A stretch of DNA of 64,000 bases from assembly GCF_044704955.1 (NCBI RefSeq), contig NC_092007.1:10354001-10418000 (forward strand), given 5' to 3'. Below the pieces are notes generated by a model. The model had not been told where the DNA came from, ran no database searches, and saw nothing but the letters and a program-made list of their open reading frames with translations. Numbering within the stretch: position 1 is the first letter of the stretch; each line of letters starts with the position of its first letter. Positions 53,330 to 64,000 of the stretch are shown in pieces. A program made the position numbers and the translations under genes. Origin of the DNA: Pristiophorus japonicus (lineage: Eukaryota).

Positions 53330-56300
53330 TTATTCTTCGAGGATGTAACGAACAAGGTGGATAAAGGGGAACCAGTGGATGTGGTGTATTTGGACTTCCA
53401 GAAGACATTTGACAAGGTGCCACATAAAAGGTTGAGGGGTTGGGGGTAATATATTAGCATGGATAGAGGATTGGCTAACTAACAGAAAACAGAAAGTCGG
53501 GATAAATGGTTCATTCTCTGATTGGCAATCAGTAACTAGTGGGGTGCCACAGAGATCAGTGCTGGGACCCCAACTATTTACAATCTATATTAACGACTTG
53601 CAAGAAGGGACTGAGTGTAACGTAGCCAAGTTTGATGACGATATAAAGATGGGAGGAAAAGCAATGTGTGAGGAGAACATAAAAAATCTGCAAAAGGACA
53701 CAGACAGGCTAAGTGAGTGGGCAAACATTTGGCAGATGGAGTATAATGTTGGAAAGTGTGAGGTCATGCACTTTGGCAGAAAAAATCAAAGAGCAAGTTA
53801 TTTAAATGGAGAAAGATTGCAAAGTGCTGCAGTACAGCAGGACCTGGGGGTACTTGTGCATGAAACGCAAAAGGATAGTGCACAGGTACAGCAAGTGATC
53901 AGGAAGGCCAATGGTATCTTGGCCTTTATTGCAAAGGGAATGGAGTATAAAAGCAGGGAAGGGTATTGGTGAGGCCACACCTGGAATACTGCATGTTTTG
54001 TTTTCCATATTTATGAAAGGATATACTTTGGAGGCAGTTCAGAGAAGGTTCATTAGGTTGATTCCGGGGATTAAGGATGTTGTGAATCTGTAAAGCATGC
54101 ACTCCCATGTTCCACCACCAGGAAGTGCATCCCCTGAAGTCCCAAGGGATCCCAGCATCCCTTGGGAGCACTGTATATAAGCCGGCCCCGAAGGTCTGTT
54201 CCTCTCTCTGGAATATCTTAGTAAAGATTGAGGTCACTGTTACTTTAACCTCCCTGTGTGCACTCTCACCTGTGTTAGGAACACAATAACTGGCGACGAG
54301 GATACGAATCCAACGCAAAGATGCAGTAAACTGTGGGCATTCTGGAGAAGTTCTCGGAGGCTGAGGATTGGGAAGCTTATGTCAACGGATAGACCAGTAC
54401 TTTGTAGCCAATGAGCTGGACGGAGAAGGAAGCGCTGCAAAAAGTTGAGCGGTCTTCCTCACGGTCTTCGGGGCACCGACCTACAGCCTCATGAAGAATC
54501 TTCTGGCTCAGGTGAAACCCACAGATAAGCCATATGAGGAGCTGTGTACACTGGTTCGGGAGCATCTTAACTCGAGGGAGAGCGTGCTGATGGCGAGGCA
54601 TCGGTTCTACACGTGCCATCGATCTGAAGGTCAGGAAGTGGCGAGCTATGTCTCCGAGCTAAGGTCACTTGCAGGACAATGTGAGTTTGATGGCTACCTA
54701 GAGAAAATGCTCAGAGACTTTTTTGTACTGGGCATTGGCCACGAGACCATCCTACGAAAACTTTCGACTGTAGAGACACCGACCCTCAGTAAGGCCATTG
54801 CGATAGCACAGGCGTTTATGTCCACCAGTGATAACACCAAACAAATCTCTCAGCACACAAGTGTGAACAATAGTCATAAATTAACTGGAACTGTGTTTGC
54901 GAGCAGAAATGTACAGGGCAGAAACACGAGTCTGCAATTGCCAGCAGGCCTCAGCTGACCCAGATGACTCAGAGTCCACAACAAAGGATGAATGCAAGGC
55001 AATTCATACCTTGTTGTGTTGTGGAGGCTTCCATTCAGCCTATTCATGCCGCTTCAAAGAGTATGTTTGTAAGAGCTGTGGAACAGTGGTGCATCTCCAA
55101 AGAGCTTGCAGATGAGCTGCAAGCGCTTCAAAACCTGCTAACCACCACGTGACAGAGAAAAATCGGTCCATGGTGGATCAAAGCAATTTCGAGCCTCAGA
55201 CACAGGGGGCAGATGCTGAAGTACACGGGGTGCACATATTTTTGACAAAATGTCCACCTATAATGCTAAATGTAAAATTGAATGGCTTACCCATAGCCGT
55301 GGAACTGGTCACTGGCGCTAGCCAATCCATCATGAGTAAAAAGATGTTTGAGAGAGTGTGGTGCAACAAGGCACACAGACCAGCCCTGAGTCCCATCCAC
55401 ACGAAACTGAGAAAGTACACCAAAGAGCGTATCACTGTCCTGGGCAGTGCCATGGTCAAGGTCACCTATGAGGGCACGGTGCACGAACTGCCACTCTGGA
55501 TTGTCCCGGGCGATGGCCCCACACTGCTTGGAAGGAGCTGGCTGGGGAAAATCGGCTGGAACTGGGATGATATCCGAGCGCTATCACATGTCAATGAGGC
55601 CTCATGTACCCAGGTTCTTAACAAATTTCCTTCCCTTTTTGAGCCAGGCATTGGAAACTTTTCCGGGGTGAAGGTGCGGATCCACTTGGTCCCAGAGGCA
55701 TGACCAATTCACTACAAGGTGCGAGCGGTACCTCACATGATGGAGAGAGTGGAAATCGAGCTGGATAGGCTGCAACGCGAGGGCATCATCTCCCCAGTGG
55801 AATTCAGCGAATGGGCCAGTCCGATTGTTCCAGTACTCAAAAGTGATGGCACAGTCAGGATTTGCGGCGATTATAAAGTAACTATTAATCGTTTCTCACA
55901 ACAGGACCAATACCCGTTACCTAAGGCAGATGACCTATTTGCGACGCTGGTAGGAGGCAAGACATTCACCAAGCTCGACCTGACCTCGGCCTACATGACA
56001 CAAGAGCTGGAGGAGTCTTCGAAGGGCCTCACCTACATCAACATGCACAAGGGACTGTTCATCTACAACAGATGCCCGTTTCGAATTCGGTCGGCTGCAG
56101 CGATCTTCCAGAGAAACATGGAGAGCCTACTCAAGCCGGTACCACGCATGGTGGTTTTTCAGGACGACATATTGGTCACGGGTCGGGACACCGTCGAGCA
56201 CCTTCAAAACCTGGAGGAGGTCCTCCAGCGACTGGATTGCGTAAGGCTGCGGCTGAAGAGGTCGAAATGCATCTTCATGGCAACAGAAGTGGAGTTTTTA

Positions 56301-59097
56301 GGGAGAAAGATCGCGGCGGTCGGCATTCGGCCCACAGACGCCAAGACAGAGGTTATCAGGAACGCTCCCAGGCCACAGAACATCATGGAGCTGCAGTCGT
56401 TCGTGGGACTCCTCAACTATTTTGGTAAATTCCTACCAGGGTTAAGCATCCTCTTGGACCCCGTACACGTGTTATTGTGTAAAGGTGAGAACTGGGTATG
56501 GGAAAAAAAAACAAATAATTGGTTTTGAGAAAGCCAGAAACAGTTTATGCTCCAACAAGCTGCTTGTATTGTATAATCCGTGTAAAAGACTTGTGCTAGC
56601 ATGTGATGCGTCGTCGTACGGAGTCGGGTGTGTATTACAACATGCTAACGTTGCGGGGAAGTTGCCCCAGGAAGTTGTGGGGATGTCTCCAGGAGCTTGT
56701 CTGAGGCCGAGAGGGCCTACAGCATGATTGAGAAAGAGGCATTAGCGTGTGTGTTCGGGGTAAAGAAAATGCATCAGTACCTGTTTGGCCTCAAATTTGA
56801 GCTGGAAACCGATCACAAACCCCTCATATCACTGTTCACTGAAAACAAGGGGATAAATACTAATGCCTCAGCATGCATACAAAGGTGGGCACTCGCGCTA
56901 TCAGCGTATAACTATACCATCCGCCACAGGCCAGGCACCGAGAACTGTGCGATTGCTCTCAGTCGGCTACCATTGTCCACCACGGGGGTGAATATGGTGC
57001 AGCCTGCAAACTTGTTGATGGTCATGGAAGCGTTTGAAAATGATAAATCATCTGTCACGGCCCACCAGATTAGGACTTGGACCAGCCAAGATCTTCTGCT
57101 GTCCCTAGTAAAAAACTGTGTACTGCATGGGAGCTGGGCCAGCATCCCCATTGAAATGCAAGAGCTAATCAAGCCGTTACAGCGGCGAAAGGATGAGCTG
57201 TCCATTCAGGCAGCCTGCCTGTTGTGGGGTAACCGTGTAGTGCTACCCAAAAAGGGCAGGGAGATGTTCATCTCGGATCTACACAGCACACACCCGGGTA
57301 TAGTAATGACGAAAGCGATAGCCAGATCCCACCTGTGGTGGCCCGGTATCGACTCTGACTTAGAGTCCTGTATATGGCAATGCAGCGTGTGTGCTCAGTT
57401 GAGCAACGCGCCCAGAGAGGCACCACTAAGTTCGTGGTCCTGGCCCTCCAGACCATGGTCAACTATGTTCGACTATGAGGCCTGTTTCTCAGTAAAATGT
57501 TCCTGGTGGTGGTGGATGCTTTTTCAAAATGAATTGAATGTGAAATAATGTCAGGAAGCACCGCCACCGCCACCATTGAAAGCCTGAGGGCCATGTTTGC
57601 CACCCACGGCCTGCCTGACATACTGGTCAGTGACGACGGGCTATGTTTCACCAGTGCCGAATTTAAAGAATTCATGACCCGCAATGGGATCAAACATGTT
57701 TAAACCAGCCTCCGATGGGCAGGCAGAGCGGGCAGTACAAACCATCAAACAGAGCCTTCAACGAGTTACAGAAAGCTCACTCCAAACCAGCCTGTCCCGA
57801 GTACTGCTCAGCTACCGCACGAGACCCTACTCGCTCACAGGGGTGCCCCCGGCTGAACTACTCATGAAAAGGACACTTAAAACCAAACTCTCACTGGTTC
57901 ACCCCAACCTGCATGATCAGGTAAAGAGCAGGCAGCAGCAACAAAATGTAAACGCTGGTCGCACCATTGTGTCACGGGAAATTGATCTGAATGACCCTGT
58001 GTATGTGCTAAACTATGGACATGGTCCCAAGTGGATCGCGGGCATGGTGATAGCTAAAGAAGGGAGTAGGGTGTTTGTAGTCAAACTAGACAATGGATAA
58101 ATTTGAAGAAAGCACCTGGACCAAACGAGGTTGCGGTTCACAGACTGCCCTGAACAACCCACAGCAGACACCACCTTTTTTGAGCCCACAACACACACCC
58201 AAAGGATCAACGACATCACGTCGGACCAGGAAATCGAACCCATCATGCCCAACAGCCCAGCAAGGCCAGGCTCACCCAGCAGCCCCGCAGGGCCAACAAC
58301 ACGCCAGCCCAGCGAAGGCACAGCCAACACACCAGAACAAACATTTGTACCGAGGCGGTACACCAGGGAAAGAAAGGCTCCCGACTGCCTCACCTTGTAA
58401 ATAGTTTTCACTTTGACTTTGGGGGGAGTGATGTTGTGTATCTGTAAAGCATGCACTCCCATGTTCCGCCACCAGGGAGCGCATCCCCTGAAGTCCCAAG
58501 GGATCCCAGCAACCCTTGGGAGCACTCTATATAAGCCGGCCCCTAAGACCTGCTCCTCACTCTGGAGTGTCTTAATAAAGACTGAGGTCACTGTTACTTT
58601 AACCTCCCTGTGTGCAGTCTCATCTGTGTCAGGAACATAATAAAGGGGTTGACTTATGAGGAAAGGTTGAGGAGGTTGGGCCTCTACTCATTGGAATTCA
58701 GAAGAATGAAAGGTGATCTTATCGAACTTATAAGATTATGAGGGTGCTTGACAAGGTGGATGCAGAGAGGATGTTTCCACTGATGGGGGAGACTAGAACT
58801 TGAGGGTATGATCTTAGAATAAGGGGCCGCCCATTTAAAACAGAGATGAAGAGAAATGTCTTCTCTCAGAGGGTTGTAAATCTGTGGAATTCACTGCCCC
58901 GGAGAGCTGTGGAAGCTGGGACATTGAATAAATTTATGTCAGAAATAGACAGGTTCTTAAATGATAAGGGGTTATAGGGAGCGGACGGGGAAGTGGAGCT
59001 GAGTCCATGATCAGATCACCCATGTTCTTACTGAATGGCGGAGCAGGCTCGAGGGGCCATATGGCCTACTCCTGTTCGTATTTCTTATGTTCTTATT
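53330..59097 (+). mobile_element. CR1 LINE split by Gypsy D
   Basis: RT motifs in 53330-54077 continue at 58643 (GGGTTGACTTATGAGG). Confidence 0.92.
54078..58642 (+). mobile_element. Gypsy element D, full length but disrupted
   Basis: 211-bp LTRs 54078-54288 and 58432-58642, TSD AAGGA/AAGGG, PBS TGGCGACGAGGAT, G-rich PPT; gag-PR-RT(FQDD)-RH-IN order. Confidence 0.96.
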
Positions 59098-59339
59098 CTC
59101 TTCTCTTCACAATTCCCAGACAATGCCTGTTTCTTTGCAGCTGTGAGATGTTAAAACACACGAGAAAGTCTTTTGAATTTGCAAAGCCTTTTGGGTCACT
59201 AAAAACTGGTCAACCCATGTTTTCAGCCATCTTGAAGCAGTTTTCAAGCACAGTTATTAGCAGAAAATGAGGCAAAAATGCTGTTGTCTTACAGAGTCTA
59301 TAGTTTAGCAGCACTAAATCGTTGGCTGATACATGAAAT

Positions 59340-59495
59340 ACTTTTTAAATGCAATGAGGGTTTCTGCATCTACCACCCTTTCAGGAGTGAGTTCCAGATT
59401 CCCACCACTCTCTCGATGAAGAAATGTCTCCTCAAATCCCCTCTAAACCTTTTAAAAATTACTTTGCATTGATTCCCCCTGGTTGTTGACCCACT
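59340..59495 (-). mobile_element. CR1 3' fragment truncating the GPCR
   Basis: RFRGDLRRHFFIERVVGIWNSL. Confidence 0.8.
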
Positions 59496-60488
59496 GAAGC
59501 GACTTTTTGAGCAAGTCCCTGAAGTCCTGCCACATGAAGATGTAGAGGACGGAGTTGAGGATGCTGTTGATATAGGCCAGGCCAATGCTGAGTGGGATGC
59601 CCACGCTGAGCGCCAGGGGCCACGGCTCGCCATGCAGGTGGAACAGATGTGGTAGGGCGCCCAGCACAGGAGGAAGGTCAGGATGATGGTGGCGATGACC
59701 TTGAAGGGCTTGCTGCCACTGGGTGCCAAGAGGCCCCACCTCAGCCGCAACACAATGATGGCATAACTGGTGGCGATGACCAAGAATGGGAGGAGGAACC
59801 CGAGGGGGAAGTGGGAGAGGGCCACCACTCTGCACCGGGCATACGCCAGGCCGTTCGCCCATTCTATCACTGCCTGGTAGTCCTCGTCGCCGCAGTCCGC
59901 CGCCTCCAGCGTCGCCTGCTCGCCCTCCAGCAGTTTGTCGGTGGAGCACACCATCCAATTGCCCTGGGCTCCCGTCTCGCAGAAGACGAAGATCGGCGCG
60001 CTCAAGATGGCGGCCACCAGCCACACCCCCAGGCTGAGCAGGGCGGCCAGCCGCGGGCCCTAGTGGTTCCGGGACCAGATGGGCAGCACCACCGAAACAC
60101 AGCGGTCCACACTGGTGGCGGCCAGCGTGAAGATGGTGGCGGGCATGCACAGCACCTCCACCTCGCTGTTCAGCTGGCAGAGCAGCTGGCCAAAGGGCGA
60201 GTGGAAGTCCAGGGCGATGTAGGCGATGGAGAGGGGGAGCAGCAGAGAGACGGTGAAATCGGCCATGGCGAGGCTCAGCAACCAGGCGGTGTAGGCCGTT
60301 CTCTTCAGCTTGAAGCCGGTGGCCCAGTTGATCAGCCCGTTGCCCGACATGCCCAGGACACAGGTGACGCCGTAGATCATTATTGTGAAGACGTACATCG
60401 CTTGCCAAATGCTGGAGTAGTCCGCATTCACTGGGATGTTGTGAGGAGCCTCGCTGGAGTTGGTCTGCTGAAGATCCTCGGGCTCCAT
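59496..60488 (-). pseudogene. Chemoattractant GPCR pseudogene (chemerin receptor/FPR-like)
   Basis: GNGL.W..GFKLKRT, LAMADF, PFG..LC, SVDRCVSVVLPIWSRNH*, KPFKVI, CWAPYH, NSILNSVLYIF; TAG at 60060, frameshift ~59650; splice acceptor just upstream of the ATG. Confidence 0.9.
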
Positions 60489-60579
60489 TTCAGATGTCCC
60501 ACCTGAAGAGATGGAGAGCGAGAGAGAGTGAAGAGTCCATCAGTGTTGACCCCAGTACTGCAATCGCGGGGATTGCCAC

Positions 60580-60982
60580 AATATTTCCACCTCCGTAACA
60601 TTGCCCGTCTCCGCCCCTGCCTCAGCCCATCTATTGCTGAAACCCTCGTCTGTGCGTTTGCTACCTCCAGACATGCCTATTCCAAAGCTCTCCCTGGCTG
60701 TCCTCCCTAATCGTGAGCTTTCCAAAACTCCTGTCTCCTAACTCGTACCAGGCGCCATTCACCCATCACCCCCACCCCACCATGTGCTCGCTGACCTACA
60801 TTGACTCTTGGTCCGGCAACGCCTCGATTTTAAAATTCTCACCTTTGTTTTCAAATCACTCCATGGCCACCTCATCTCCCTCCCCCCGCCACACCCCTTC
60901 ACTATCTCTCTAGCCTCCTCTAGCCCCTACAACCTTATGAGATCTCTGCGCTCCTTCAATTCTGGCCTCTTGCGCATCCCCC
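60580..60982 (+). mobile_element. L2-clade LINE 3' fragment
   Basis: YFHLRNIARLRPCLS..AETLV.AF.TSR; VRQRLDFKILTFVFKSLHG. Confidence 0.8.
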
Positions 60983-60984
60983 CT

Positions 60985-61700
60985 GTAATGTATGCACCTG
61001 TGAATATGCTCACAGGTTTGTAGAGCTGTGCGGAGGGGAGCAGGTAGGTCTGAGGGCCTCCTCGTAGGACTGTTCCTGGGCACGGCCAAGGGTGCCATCA
61101 GCTGGTCCAGGCAGCGGGCGGTCGAGGGGGTCGTTCAGCCCTACTGTTTGCCTCTCTTCCGCGCGTACCTCTGAGCCAGGATGTCCCTGGAGATGGAGCA
61201 CGCGGTGTCCACCGGTACGCTCGCGGCTTTCCGCGAGAGGTGGGCGCCGGAGGGACTGGAGCGCATCATTACCCCGGCAACCAAATTTTAATTTGATTTT
61301 ATATGTTTTAAAGTTTAATTTGTTTTACTGCCGGTTTTAGTGTCCCCCTCCCCTTTTATATCAGAGGACTTCTTCATGGGGCTGCTCCTGGGCATGGCCA
61401 AGGGGACCATCAGCTGGTCCAGGCAGCAGGCGGTCAAGGGGGTCGTTCAGCCCGACTGCCTGCCTCTCTTCTGCAATTACGTTCGAGCCAGGGTGCCCCT
61501 GGAGATGGAGCACATGGTGTCCACCAGTACGTTCGCGGCCTTCCGTGAGAGATAGGCACTGGGGGGACTGGAGTGCATCATCACCACAGGCAACCAAATT
61601 TTAATTTGATCCATTAATGTAAAAAGTTAATTTGTTTAATTTGTCACTTTTCGTGCCCCTCTATTTGGGGCACACTTGATTGATTGTTTCACAAAAATAG
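60985..61700 (+). mobile_element. Two tandem Tx1-like LINE 3' ends
   Basis: LLLGMAKGTISWSRQ..DCLPLFCNYVRARVPLEMEH type sequence twice (~61065-61295 and ~61380-61610). Confidence 0.65.
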
Positions 61701-61707
61701 TTATAGA

Positions 61708-64000
61708 GCTGTTGAGTTGGGAGTGGCTTAGTCAGTCACGTGATGTTGACAAGACTCAATAAAACCCCAGCAAGTTGAGTTCGGGGGATCCACAATGAGG
61801 CAGGTGGTTGTGAGCCTGATGGATGAACTGGTAATGTGTAGTGTGATTGTCAAACCTTTTGCTAATAAGCCAACTAGTTCTTAATAGCAATGTGTCGTTA
61901 TGAATTCTTCAGCAAAGAACCCACGAAGCAAATATATTACAAATTTGCGATGAAGAGGGGATTTCTTCGTGAAGACATTTTTCATGGAATTTCTCATTAT
62001 GAGAAGGCAAATGCAAGTGGAGCACAGCAAGGAGATATACTGGCAGCGTGATTCCCGAATGAGATTCTGGTAGGACCATTTTTTTTCTGAGTACTAAACA
62101 GTGTTGAACTGACAGATAGAGCTTGTGGAAAGTCATTTAGAGTAATTGAAAAGCAACGAGTTATGTCAGTAATTTGGGAGCCTGTGACAGGAATAAGGAA
62201 TCATTTAGATCCTACAGTGGAAGATTGCAAATGTTTTTTTAGAACAATGACATCAGTGAAGCCTCAGCAGGTGTGGCTGAATCACAATTAAGCAATTAAG
62301 CAGTTCTGTGGAAGATGAAAGTTATTAAGGACATAAGAACATAAGAAATAGGAGCAGGAGTAGGCCACTTGGCCTCTCGAGCCTGCTCCACCATTTAATA
62401 AGAATATGGCTGATCTGATCATGGACTCAGCTCCACTTCCCCGCCCGCTCCCCATAACCCTTTATTCCCTTATCGTTCAAAAATCTGTCTACCTCCACCT
62501 TAAATATATTCAAAGACCCAGCCTCCACAGCTCTCTGGGGCAGAGAGTTCCCTCGATTCACAAATGTCTGAGAGAAGAAATTCCTACTCATCTCAGTTTT
62601 AAATAGGCGGCCCCTTATTCTGAGACTATACCCCCTAGTTTTAGTTTCCCCTATGATTGGGAATATCCTCTCTGCATCCACCTTGTCGAGCCCCCTCATT
62701 ATCTTATATATTTCGATAAGATTACTTCTCACTCTTCTGAACTCCAATGAGTATAGGCCGAACCTACTCAACCTATCTTCATACGTCAACTCCCTCATCT
62801 CCAGAATCAACCAAGTGAACCTTCTCTGAACAGCCTCCAATGCAAGTATATCCTTCCTTATATACGGAGACCAAAACTGTACACAGTACATCTAGGTGTG
62901 GCCTCACCAATACCCTGTACAGTTGTAGCAGCTCTCATACTGGTTTTGTGCAGTATGAAAAGATCTGTACACTCATTTGGGATTCATGAAGTATGATATT
63001 TCCATAAAGACCTGATCCTGCATTGCTACAATTGAATGTGTATGTAATCTGGTGTTTAAGTAACAAGATGAAAAGGAACAAGAAAGCAGTCCAACAGGCC
63101 AACAGATAAATCCACGCATTGTTTTCAGGGAACAATACAGAAAGAGGTTGAGACAGAAAAATATCTTGATGTTATTGTGCATAGATCACTAAAATTCATG
63201 ACCAATGTAGAGAAACTGTAGCTAAAGCCATCAGGGTATTGAGTTGTAGTAATAGAATCACACAATATAAATCAAAGGACACCATTTTGACACTGTAGGC
63301 AAGGCTGCATCTAGAGTACTGTGCCTATGCTGAGTATTCTGCCAGTCATAATTGCTGCAGAGAATTATGGTATCTTAGTGAATTTGTTAACACCAAGAAA
63401 GGTTGAGGATGCTTCATTCTCAGATATACTACAGATATTGGAGAATCATTTTGATCCACATCTTTTAGAAGTAGCGGAGGGCTATAAGTTTGCAGTGAGA
63501 AGCCAAACACTTGATAAAACTATCCGTGAATACGATGTTGCCACAAGAAAATTATCTCCACACTGCAATTTTGAAGGATTCCTGGAGAGGGCTCTTTGAG
63601 ATAAATTTGTTTGTGGACTAACGGATGAACGCATCCAATCAAAATTGCTAGGTACGGATGATCTCCCTTTTGAGAATGCTTGCAAGATAGCCACCTCCAT
63701 GGCAGAGAAAAATATATTAAGGAATTTCACCCGTTACTGGCAGCAGTAATGGTTCACATCACTGAGGTGTAGAAACACAGGAGAGGGTGAGCCCTAGTCC
63801 TAGGGAGAGTTATGAAACCAAGAAGAATAGATGTCATAGGTGTAATGGCACCCATACCGCGCAACTGTGTGGGTTCAAATGGGCAAGGTGCTAGTGGTGC
63901 CAGACATTGCAACCGCGTGTAAATCCAACGATAATCAACTACACTGGGTGGAAACCGATCAGAACAGTGTAGGTTTTGGTGTATATGCAGTGAAGGACAA
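61708..64000 (+). mobile_element. Degraded Gypsy element E (LTR-like ~61708-61940 plus gag), open at window end
   Basis: gag-like LVNLLTPRK..ILENHFDP..KF..RSQ..CNF..L*DKFVCGL at 63360-63720; PBS-like sequence after ...ATTACA. Confidence 0.65.
62331..62932 (-). mobile_element. CR1 3' fragment
   Basis: YCVQFWSPYIRKDILALEAVQRRFT; CATAAGAA tail. Confidence 0.93.

Noticed and set aside
52832-53330. Possible solo LTR starting TGTAAGAC
   Set aside because: No second terminus, TSD or partner copy identified.
59649-60506. 285-aa + ORF and 318-aa alternative - ORF
   Set aside because: Shadow frames of the GC-rich GPCR; only the last ~50 aa of the - ORF is the frameshifted TM7.

Overview
Repeat-dominated vertebrate DNA, most likely from a cartilaginous fish (inferred from recalled CR1, RTE, Gypsy, Penelope and SINE families; no database search). 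I found no intact cellular gene and no prokaryotic system. The window holds two ~8 kb satellites (31 bp; 32/33 bp) and smaller minisatellites, two of which trace to specific segments of a SINE and a CR1 3' end. Mobile elements include five Ty3/Gypsy LTR elements (four with LTR pairs and 5-bp TSDs, one nested), many CR1 plus RTE, L2 and Tx1 LINE fragments, and Penelope ends with degenerate minimal hammerhead-ribozyme cores. A CpG-rich promoter-like unit of TGAGTGACAG + CCAAT modules occurs in three partial or complete copies. Three disabled host loci are present: a duplicated B7-family IgV receptor, a fragmented CAMK4 retrocopy missed by the ORF track, and a chemerin/formyl-peptide-receptor-like GPCR. 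The long ORFs over 1-9.8 kb and 14.6-22.8 kb are tandem-repeat artefacts.
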